From Dehalococcoidia bacterium (GTDB lineage: Bacteria > Chloroflexota > Dehalococcoidia > GIF9 > AB-539-J10), in contig JAXGQG010000004.1 of NCBI GenBank assembly GCA_040766535.1, forward strand, positions 25,936-89,935: a DNA stretch of 64,000 nucleotides, in the 5' to 3' direction. The number at the start of each line of letters is the position of its first letter. Position 1 is the stretch's first letter. Under the pieces are notes generated by a model. It had not been told where the DNA came from, made no database searches, and saw only the letters and a list, made by a program, of their open reading frames with translations. Position numbers and translations under genes: made by a program. Below are positions 56,329 through 63,158 of this stretch, one piece after another.

Positions 56329-56551
56329 CCGTCCGTTGCTGCCGGCGGCGCTGGTCGCAAACTGGCGCCGCCGGCAGACTGATCTGCAGCGCGTGTGGCC
56401 AGGTGAGATGATGTCGAAGTTGGGTGGTCACCGGGAATCCGTGCCCGCAGACTGGCATGCATGAGGGGGTGGAGGTGGCCATGGTGGTGCGCTCTGTCCT
56501 GCTCCATGCCTGTGATTCCAGGGTGGCAATTCTGTTCCTAGGAGAAACCCG

Positions 56552-57262
56552 ATGAGAATAGATGAGAATCTGTGTATCGCGTGCGGCTCCTGTGTGCCGT
56601 ACTGCCCTATGAAGGCGATCAGTCTCGGTGACGTCGCGGTCATCGACCAGGATGAGTGCGTCGAATGTGGCGTCTGTGCTCGGGCCGCGGTGTGTCCCGT
56701 CGATGCCTTCGTTGACGAACCGGCCTCGTGGCCGCGTTCGGTTCGTTCCGCCTTCTCTAATCCCACGGTTGAACACAAGGAGACCCGTGTGGCCGGCCGT
56801 GGGACCGAGGAGATGAAGACGAATGAAGTCACGGGACTGTTCAAGAGCGGCTGGATCGGAATGGGCTTCGAGTTTGGCCGACCTGGCATCGGCGCCCGTT
56901 TCCGTGACGTGGATTTGGTCGCTCAGGCGCTGGCCCGTCTGGGTGTGGTCTTCGCGGACAACAACCCTGTGACGAAGCTCATGGTGGACAAGAAGACCGG
57001 CAAGATAAGCGATGAGGTTCTTGACCAGAAGGTGATGTCCGCCATCATCGAGTGCATGTTCCCCATCGAGAAGATGAAAGACGTCCTGCGAACCTTCACG
57101 ACACTGGCTCCGAAGTTGCATACGGTCGTCAGCGTGGAGTGCATCAACAAAGTGGAGCCGGATGACTCGCTGCCGATGGATGCGATTCTGAAGGAGATGG
57201 GCATCACGAGACGCATCAATGGTAAGACCAACGTGGGGCTCGGTCGCCCGCTGGCGGCATGA
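56552..57262 (+). CDS. cassette gene A3 (more diverged paralog of A1/A2)
   Basis: Track ORF; RBS AGGAG. CIACGSCVPYC and CVECGVCARAAVC, AGRGTEEMKTNEVTG, FEFGRPGIGARFRDVD, NGKTNVGLGRP. Confidence 0.8.
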   Translation: MRIDENLCIACGSCVPYCPMKAISLGDVAVIDQDECVECGVCARAAVCPVDAFVDEPASWPRSVRSAFSNPTVEHKETRVAGRGTEEMKTNEVTGLFKSGWIGMGFEFGRPGIGARFRDVDLVAQALARLGVVFADNNPVTKLMVDKKTGKISDEVLDQKVMSAIIECMFPIEKMKDVLRTFTTLAPKLHTVVSVECINKVEPDDSLPMDAILKEMGITRRINGKTNVGLGRPLAA

Positions 57263-57354
57263 CGACGCGGGTGCTCGCGGTCGGTTGGGATCTCTCAACC
57301 TGTCACCGGCGACGCGAGGCCTTCGGTCTGGTAGCTTTGCAGGAGGACAATGGA

Positions 57355-57972
57355 ATGACACATACATTGCACAGGCGGGGTTCCGCTGAAAGCCTCTCCA
57401 ACGATTTTCCCATGCTTTCCATCAGGGCCGTCGGCTTCAACGATGAGGGCTCCGATGAGAAGCTTCAGAAATTCATGCGCATCGCCATGCACCACAAGCC
57501 GGTGAATATCGGTGCGGTGAGCCTTGGCAACATGTTCAGTCACGAACCCGAGGAAATCATCTCGAAGGCGCATGGGGTAATGCACGCCGTCTTCGATAAT
57601 CCACAGGCGGTAATCGCGTGTCTGCGTGAACTGAAGAGCGCCGACGTAGGCATGTCTGTGGTGGTGAGCGGCATCCTCGATGAAGTGAACAAGTGCTGTA
57701 AGGATGCCGGCCTCAAGCGCCACACCGTGGAGTTCTCACTTGGTGTGTGGGGTGAGACCGACAGGCTTCCCCCCGAAGAGGTTCTCGAGGTGACCACGAT
57801 GTGTGGTCACGGACTGGTTTCGGCAAGTCTCGTCACCCATATGGTGGAGCAGATACGCTCGGGCGCTCGAACCGCTGAAGATGCGGCGAAGGAGCTGGCA
57901 CGGCAGTGTACGTGTGGCGTCTTCAATCCGGTCAGGGCCGCGAAGCTTCTATCTGCGATGGCCGCTGCCTAG
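57355..57972 (+). CDS. cassette gene B3 (more diverged paralog of B1/B2)
   Basis: Track ORF 57259..57972; ATG 57355 after GCAGGAGGAC gives MTHTLHRRGS, as in B1/B2. KCC, TTMCGHG, CTCGVFNP. Confidence 0.8.
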   Translation: MTHTLHRRGSAESLSNDFPMLSIRAVGFNDEGSDEKLQKFMRIAMHHKPVNIGAVSLGNMFSHEPEEIISKAHGVMHAVFDNPQAVIACLRELKSADVGMSVVVSGILDEVNKCCKDAGLKRHTVEFSLGVWGETDRLPPEEVLEVTTMCGHGLVSASLVTHMVEQIRSGARTAEDAAKELARQCTCGVFNPVRAAKLLSAMAAA

Positions 57973-57982
57973 CGTCCAGCAG

Positions 57983-58990
57983 CTACTTCAGAGAGGCCTT
58001 CAGGTTGCCCGCGGCAAGCCGCGTCAGCAGTTTGAAGGCCTCTTTCGTCGCCCCGGGGTTGGCTATGCCTTTGCCCGCAATATCCATTGCCGTGCCGTGA
58101 GCGGGTGTGGTGATCGGGATGGGAAGTCCCCCACAAACCGTCACTCCCCTGTGGAAACCGAGGAGCTTGGTGGCTATCTGCCCCTGGTCGTGGTACATGG
58201 ACACCACGCCATCGTATCGCTCAACCTTGATGCGCAGGAAAATGGTATCGGCCGGGAATGGCCCGAATGCGGCGATTCCCTCTCTCACCGCATCTTCGAT
58301 AGCAGGGGCAATCTGGGCCTTCTCCTCCGAGCCGAAGAGGCCGCCATCACTTGCGTGTGGGTTCAGTGCAGATACTGCGATTCGCGGAGCCTTGATTCCG
58401 TAGTTCCGGAGAGATCTGTCCAGGAGACGTATGGTCTCAAGCACCCGCGTTCTTGTGATCAGAGACGGAACCTTCGCCAGTGACACGTGTGAACTGACAC
58501 GTGACGTCCAGAGATCGCGCAGGACATTGTGCTCTCCGTAGGACGTGGTCACGCCGAGTTCGTGCGCAAATAGCGCCAGCTCGCTTGGATAGGGTGAGCC
58601 GGCCAGGCGCAGAGCCTCTTTGTTGAAGGGCGCGAAAAGGATGCCATGCAAATTGCCAGCTCTTGCCTGTTCAAGCGCGAATCGTGCGGTGATGAGGGCG
58701 CTCTTGCCTCCCGCGGCACTGACTCTGCCGTGAGTGATTGGCCCAACCTCTGCAGCAGAGAGATGCAGAAACCTGACGCCGGTCTGATTGGGGAGGTCGC
58801 GGATGTCCTCGATGGCGTCCAGTTGAACGCGTGTGCCCGCGATGCGTTGGGCGTCGGCAAGTACGCCGCGATCGCCGATGACGGCCACGTGGACCGACCG
58901 GGCGATGTCCCTGGACGCGAGCAGCCTGGCGACAAGTTCCGGTCCGATGCCTGCGGGGTCTCCGAGCAGTATGGCGATTCTCGGCTTCAT
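57983..58990 (-). CDS. PdxA-family NAD(P)-dependent dehydrogenase (4-hydroxythreonine-4-phosphate dehydrogenase-like)
   Basis: Track ORF. IAILLGDPAGIGPEL...ALNPHASDGGLFG.EE...MYHDQGQIA.K...TTPAHGTAMDIAGKG.ANP. Confidence 0.85.
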   Translation of the reverse strand: MKPRIAILLGDPAGIGPELVARLLASRDIARSVHVAVIGDRGVLADAQRIAGTRVQLDAIEDIRDLPNQTGVRFLHLSAAEVGPITHGRVSAAGGKSALITARFALEQARAGNLHGILFAPFNKEALRLAGSPYPSELALFAHELGVTTSYGEHNVLRDLWTSRVSSHVSLAKVPSLITRTRVLETIRLLDRSLRNYGIKAPRIAVSALNPHASDGGLFGSEEKAQIAPAIEDAVREGIAAFGPFPADTIFLRIKVERYDGVVSMYHDQGQIATKLLGFHRGVTVCGGLPIPITTPAHGTAMDIAGKGIANPGATKEAFKLLTRLAAGNLKASLK

Positions 58991-59167
58991 AGCACTCCTT
59001 GGAGCACGTGATGCCGGCTAGACTAGACGTCTGATTCCCACATGTCAAACCGGTGCTGGCTGAGAACCGGTTGTGGGTGGCGCGAATGTGCAAGCCGTGT
59101 GTCGCGCACTGACTTCCTGTGGTGGGGTGATTGTGGATTGGCCGGCGTGGTGGCTTCGCCGGACAGT

Positions 59168-59620
59168 TCAAGAACGCAGAGTGCGGGCGCCTCGCTCCGT
59201 CAGTCTCCGGGCGAGTGGCCCCATGACCTCGCGCACGCCGTTCAACCGCACCGTTTCCCGCCTCCCTGTCACCATGAGTTCCAGTTCGCGGGCACGGACC
59301 ATTATTCCAAGTAGCAGGAGCGCGGCGCCCGCGACAGGAAATGCGGTGCTTGTGCCGCCGAGCGCGAAGAGGGCGACACCGCAGAGGATGAGCCAGACAT
59401 TGACATGTGTCACTTCTCGCAGTCCTGCGATGCTGCGATACTCAAAGGCATCGGCGGCGCCGTCGCGCAGGATGATGAGACGGGTTGCCGTGGCATACGC
59501 CTCGGCGCCCTTGAGTTCGTAACGAACCTCGACTTCCTCACCCGTCGTCAAGAGCTGTCGTACCGCGGCGGGCAAGGGATGAGCAGCGCTTTCGGAGTTG
59601 GGTGGCGTTGAGGGCGACAT
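59168..59620 (-). CDS. hypothetical protein, bacterial PH-like domain followed by two TM helices (tentative)
   Basis: Track ORF. EEVEVRYELKGAEAYATATRLIILRDG, then hydrophobic WLILCGVALFALGG / AGAALLLLGIMV. Confidence 0.4.
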   Translation of the reverse strand: MSPSTPPNSESAAHPLPAAVRQLLTTGEEVEVRYELKGAEAYATATRLIILRDGAADAFEYRSIAGLREVTHVNVWLILCGVALFALGGTSTAFPVAGAALLLLGIMVRARELELMVTGRRETVRLNGVREVMGPLARRLTERGARTLRS

Positions 59621-59715
59621 GACCAGAGGCTACTGCCTGCACGGTGCCGTGTCAAACGCGGTAAGTCACGTTGGTGGTCTGAGGCACCCCGGGGTCAGAG
59701 CCCGGTTGACGGCGC

Positions 59716-59997
59716 TCAGGCTTTGAGCTTCTTACCCGTGGCTTTGCAGAAGGCTTCCAATGCGGAGTGCTGCACGAGATAAGCCCGCCCGACGCGGAAG
59801 GCCTCAAGTTTCGTGCCGTTGACCCCGCGTTTGATCCACTGGTGGACCGCCTGCCGGGTGACAGGAGGGTCTATCAGCTTCCCCGCCTCCTCCACACTGT
59901 GGTAGTCGCGCGTCTCTCCGTCGGACGGGTGCCGCTTGCCGCCCCCGCGGCCGACACGAAAGCGCGCCAAAGTATCGCCGAGGTTCACGAGTGTCAA
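59716..59997 (-). CDS. excisionase/MerR-like helix-turn-helix DNA-binding protein
   Basis: Track ORF (TTG start; a GTG 9 nt downstream is also possible). YHSVEEAGKLIDPPVTRQAVHQWIKRG...FRVGRAYLVQHSALEAF. Confidence 0.55.
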   Translation of the reverse strand: MTLVNLGDTLARFRVGRGGGKRHPSDGETRDYHSVEEAGKLIDPPVTRQAVHQWIKRGVNGTKLEAFRVGRAYLVQHSALEAFCKATGKKLKA

Positions 59998-60245
59998 CTA
60001 TACCACACTGTGCACAACGGTGCGATAGCCATTTGGATGATTCTGCGGATGGATTCGTACCGTTGTCCTGCGAAGCTGGCAGCCCCCGGATGGCTCGCCG
60101 CGGTCCGGCGTAGTGTCCGTCCCCTCGGTCCACGCCACCGCCGCCTCGTAGTGCTGCTCCGTTGGCATCGTGTCTCGCGCTGTGTGGTCTAAGGAGTGCC
60201 TCTTCGGCATTTCGCATTCGGTCGCATGCGCTGCTGAGAATGGTG

Positions 60246-60274
60246 GACAATTGTCAATGACGTTCACGTGAACG
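60246..60274. promoter_or_regulatory. two adjacent perfect palindromes in a divergent intergenic region
   Basis: GACAATTGTC (60246-60255) and CGTTCACGTGAACG (60261-60274), 25 nt upstream of the 60299 start. Confidence 0.4.
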
Positions 60275-60298
60275 CATGCTGGTGCGGATGAGAGGTTT

Positions 60299-60718
60299 GT
60301 GGCACACTACACCGTTGTTATGGAGAACTCCGTAGATACATCGTTGCCCGACTACCGCTGCGCCCGTCACCCATCCCGCGTGTATCAGGGGCGGGAGCTG
60401 GATAGCGAATTCGTTGTTACGGTATACGATTCCGCGTTGCCCTGCGATGATCAGAACCCCCGTGCGCTGTCGCCCTCGGCGTCAAAAGCGATCAAGGACG
60501 CCTCACCACGCTTTGGCTGGGGAACAGAGGACGAATCATCGCTTCAACTCGCTATCGCCCTGTTGTTCGATGTGAGCGGGGATGCCGGGGTGGCGCTCAA
60601 GTGGTGTCAGCAGTTCACGAGAACATATGTAGGCAAACTGGGTCCCGTCTGGACCGTACCCGAGGTGGACATCGCGTTGTGGCTCTACTGCTACGAGAAC
60701 GCCGGGCCCCAGGCGTAA
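60299..60718 (+). CDS. hypothetical protein
   Basis: Track ORF (GTG start). Protein-like composition, no family assigned. Confidence 0.4.
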   Translation: MAHYTVVMENSVDTSLPDYRCARHPSRVYQGRELDSEFVVTVYDSALPCDDQNPRALSPSASKAIKDASPRFGWGTEDESSLQLAIALLFDVSGDAGVALKWCQQFTRTYVGKLGPVWTVPEVDIALWLYCYENAGPQA

Positions 60719-60880
60719 CCACGTACGGTCGTTTCCGCTTCTGACCTTTCCGAATCGCCAGCCGACAGTCGTCAGTGCCGCTGTCCTTCCGCCGTTGCCA
60801 TGGGACCGGCCTTCGCGCGCTGCTCGAGCCGCGCAGTCGTCGTCTTTGATTGCCCCGCAACGTGAGATATGGCGCACGAT

Positions 60881-60918
60881 TTGACAGATCACTCGTTTAT
60901 TTCTAACATATGTCAGAA
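60881..60918 (+). promoter_or_regulatory. sigma-70-like promoter with overlapping near-palindrome upstream of the DUF134 gene
   Basis: TTGACA (60881-60886), 17-nt spacer, TAACAT (60904-60909). TTCTAACAT|ATGTCAGAA (60901-60918) is an 18-bp inverted repeat with one mismatched pair, covering the -10. Confidence 0.5.
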
Positions 60919-60947
60919 ATGATGATGGTCGCTTCGAGGATGAAGAC

Positions 60948-61607
60948 ATGCCAAGACCACCGAAACTGAGACAGATCGCGGCAGTACCAGCGGTAACGTT
61001 CTTCAAGCCGGCGGGAATGCCGATGAATAGCCTGGAGATGGTGACGCTGGCGCTGGAAGAGGTTGAGGCGATACGGCTTAAGGATGTTGAAGACCTGCAT
61101 CAGGAAGAATGCGCGCAACGGATGGGTGTGTCCCGAGGCACATTCCATCAGATCCTCAAATCGGCTCGTGGCAAGTTGGCCGATGCCATATTGAACGGCA
61201 AGGCGATACGGGTTGAGGGCGGATCGTTTGCCTTCCCGGGTGGGCGTTTCCGCTGTCGACGCGATGGTAGTGAATGGACCCTGCCACCTGGCCCGCTGCC
61301 CGGCCTGTCTTCGGTAACCTGTCCTACATGCAACAGCCACGAAGTGCATCCGGTGCCGCAACCGTGCGGACCGATGCGGAATGCCATGCCCGGACGCTGG
61401 GGACACGGCTGGCAGGGGCCGTGGGGGAGACGCCCCAATTCACCCCAATGGCGGGGGAGACTCCGAGAAGACGAGTCGGAACCAGACGTTGATCAGGGTA
61501 TGTCACAAGTTGAAGCACGTACCGATGAGAACGGGCCACGGTCTGGTATGAGCCTGGATTCACCGGGGTCCCGTGTGCGTGAGCAACAGGAACATGAACT
61601 GGAATAA
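60948..61607 (+). CDS. DUF134 (UPF0251) putative DNA-binding protein with long Cys/Trp/Gly-rich C-terminal extension
   Basis: Track ORF. MPRPPKLRQIAAVPAVTFFKPAGMP...LEEVEAIRLKDVEDLHQEECAQRMGVSRGTFHQILKSARGKLADAILNGKAIRVEGG is the DUF134 pattern. The extension carries C..(x)..CPTC. Confidence 0.8.
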   Translation: MPRPPKLRQIAAVPAVTFFKPAGMPMNSLEMVTLALEEVEAIRLKDVEDLHQEECAQRMGVSRGTFHQILKSARGKLADAILNGKAIRVEGGSFAFPGGRFRCRRDGSEWTLPPGPLPGLSSVTCPTCNSHEVHPVPQPCGPMRNAMPGRWGHGWQGPWGRRPNSPQWRGRLREDESEPDVDQGMSQVEARTDENGPRSGMSLDSPGSRVREQQEHELE

Positions 61608-61627
61608 CGCTGTGAAGGAGGTGCACG

Positions 61628-61870
61628 ATGCCGAGAGGTGATGGCACTGGTCCGATGGGTATGGGCCCGATGACGGGTCGGGCGGCTGGCTTCTGCGCCG
61701 GCTTTGGTACGCCTGGCTACATGAATGCCGGCCCTGGCTGGGGCTATGGCCGTGGATTCGGCCGCGGACTCGGCCCGGGATTTGGCCGCGCTTGGGCAGG
61801 CCGGGGACGCCCCGGTCGTGGCTTCGGCATGCGGGCAGGCTGGTACGGCATGCCGTATGGCCGCTGGTAG
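61628..61870 (+). CDS. DUF5320-type glycine/arginine-rich small protein 1
   Basis: Track ORF. MPRGDGTGPMGMGPMTGRAAGFC, then GFGRG repeats. Confidence 0.75.
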   Translation: MPRGDGTGPMGMGPMTGRAAGFCAGFGTPGYMNAGPGWGYGRGFGRGLGPGFGRAWAGRGRPGRGFGMRAGWYGMPYGRW

Positions 61871-61916
61871 CAGAAGTCGATGAATGACGAATGCAATGCG
61901 GATGGAGGGATGAACT

Positions 61917-62270
61917 ATGCCTGGAGGAGATAGAACAGGACCGATGGGTATGGGCCCGATGACGGGGCGCGGATTGGGCTATTGTGGCGGTCCTGGCGCG
62001 CCTGGCTATGCCAGGGGGGCGTCTGGATGGGGTGGTGGCTTTGGCCGAGGGTTCGGCTGGAGGTTCACTCGCAGGCCGGGGCCGTGTTTCGTGGCTCCTC
62101 GGTGGGCTGCGCCTGCCGGCAGATGGGGAGCGTGGCAGATCAGCCGCGAAGAAGAACTCGAGTACCTGAAGGGACAAGCCGACATGCTCAAAGATGAACT
62201 CGATGCCATACGTGGACGCATCGGTCAGATCGAGGCAGAAGGTGCTTCCGATTCTGGGGAGGAAGAGTGA
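61917..62270 (+). CDS. DUF5320-type small protein 2 with C-terminal coiled coil
   Basis: Track ORF. MPGGDRTGPMGMGPMTGRGLGYC, GFGRGFG, then EELEYLKGQADMLKDELDAIRGRIGQIE. Confidence 0.75.
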   Translation: MPGGDRTGPMGMGPMTGRGLGYCGGPGAPGYARGASGWGGGFGRGFGWRFTRRPGPCFVAPRWAAPAGRWGAWQISREEELEYLKGQADMLKDELDAIRGRIGQIEAEGASDSGEEE

Positions 62271-62821
62271 GAGTCGCCGTATCGGCTGCCGGGCCGACGC
62301 TCGATTCACCGGTTGATCCCCGGTTTGGTCGGTGCACGTATTTCGTGGTGGTGGATACGGACACGATGTCCGCTGAGGCCATCGAGAATGCAAGTGTGGC
62401 GGCAGCCCAGGGCGCAGGGATTGCGACCGCTCAGATGATCGCCGGCAAGGGAGTTGAGGTGGTTCTCACCGGCAACTGTGGACCGAATGCGTATGAGGCA
62501 CTCGCGGCCGCAGGAATCCGGGTCGTCACCGGCGTCACAGGGTCGGTGCGCGATGCCGCCCGTGCGTATGCCAGTGGGCAGATGCAGCCGAGTGACCGGC
62601 CAAACGTGGCCTCGCACCATGGAATGGGGTTGACCCAGGGGCGTGGCATGGGGAGTGGGATGATGCGCAGCGAAACACCTGCGCGGGCCAATTCCTCGAC
62701 CTCACAGCCTGCTACCGCAGTGACCGACTTGCTGCTCGATCTCAAGATGCAACTCGATGCGCTGCGCGAACAGGTTGCCGAGATAAACAACCGTATCGAT
62801 CAACTGCACAAGCAGAACTGA
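62267..62821 (+). CDS. NifB/NifX-type (dinitrogenase FeMo-cofactor-binding fold) protein fused to Gly-rich/coiled-coil tail
   Basis: Track ORF (GTG; GTGA overlap with the previous stop). MRVAVSAAG.....VDPRFGRCTYFVVVD...GAGIATAQMIAGKGVEVVLTGNCGPNAYEALAAAGIRV. Tail GRGMGSGM...DLLLDLKMQLDALREQVAEINNRIDQL. Confidence 0.8.
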   Translation: MRVAVSAAGPTLDSPVDPRFGRCTYFVVVDTDTMSAEAIENASVAAAQGAGIATAQMIAGKGVEVVLTGNCGPNAYEALAAAGIRVVTGVTGSVRDAARAYASGQMQPSDRPNVASHHGMGLTQGRGMGSGMMRSETPARANSSTSQPATAVTDLLLDLKMQLDALREQVAEINNRIDQLHKQN

Positions 62822-62833
62822 TTGGACTGCTCT

Positions 62834-62915
62834 GCGGGCGAGGCCAGCTGTAGGGTGGCCTCGCCCGCACCAGGTACAGTCGCAAACGACGCTGTGCGAG
62901 ACCCATTCGCACAGC
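62834..62915 (+). promoter_or_regulatory. two consecutive perfect stem-loops in the spacer before the zinc-ribbon DUF5320 gene
   Basis: GCGGGCGAGGCC (62834-62845), 11-nt loop, GGCCTCGCCCGC (62857-62868). GCTGTGCGA (62891-62899), 7-nt loop, TCGCACAGC (62907-62915), immediately followed by CTGGGAGGTGTGGAAATG (RBS + start). Confidence 0.5.
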
Positions 62916-62930
62916 CTGGGAGGTGTGGAA

Positions 62931-63155
62931 ATGCCATTCGGAGATGGAACTGGACCTATGGGACAGGGAGCCGGCACTGGTCGTGGACTGGGACGTGGAC
63001 TGGGTCGCGGTCGCATGGCGGGCGACAGGGCTGGAGCGGGGCCGGGGGGCTCATGCGTCTGTCCCGCGTGTGGTGCCCGGGCGCAGCACCAGGTGGGAGT
63101 CCCCTGCAATTCGTTGAAGTGTCCCAACTGCGGGGCGCGGATGACGCGAGCGTAG
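62931..63155 (+). CDS. DUF5320-type small protein 3 with C-terminal zinc ribbon
   Basis: Track ORF 62925..63155; ATG 62931 after GGGAGG. MPFGDGTGPMGQGAGTGRGLGRGLGRG, then CVCPACG...CNSLKCPNCG. Confidence 0.75.
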   Translation: MPFGDGTGPMGQGAGTGRGLGRGLGRGRMAGDRAGAGPGGSCVCPACGARAQHQVGVPCNSLKCPNCGARMTRA

Positions 63156-63158
63156 TTC

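Noticed and set aside
56273-57367. 364-aa minus-strand ORF covering cassette gene A3
   Set aside because: Same reasoning as for 54959..55720. Arg/His-rich shadow ORF antisense to a gene with clear Fe-S motifs.
59716-60718. Interpreting the excisionase-like HTH gene and neighbouring hypothetical genes as a prophage or integrative element
   Set aside because: No integrase, recombinase, att-like direct repeats, tRNA target or phage structural genes are visible in the window. A lone HTH gene is insufficient.
61560-62393. 277-aa minus-strand ORF across the DUF5320 genes
   Set aside because: Pro/Arg/Ser-rich product generated by reading the Gly-codon-rich (GGC/GGN) genes backwards. The + strand genes have RBSs and a shared conserved N-terminal peptide.
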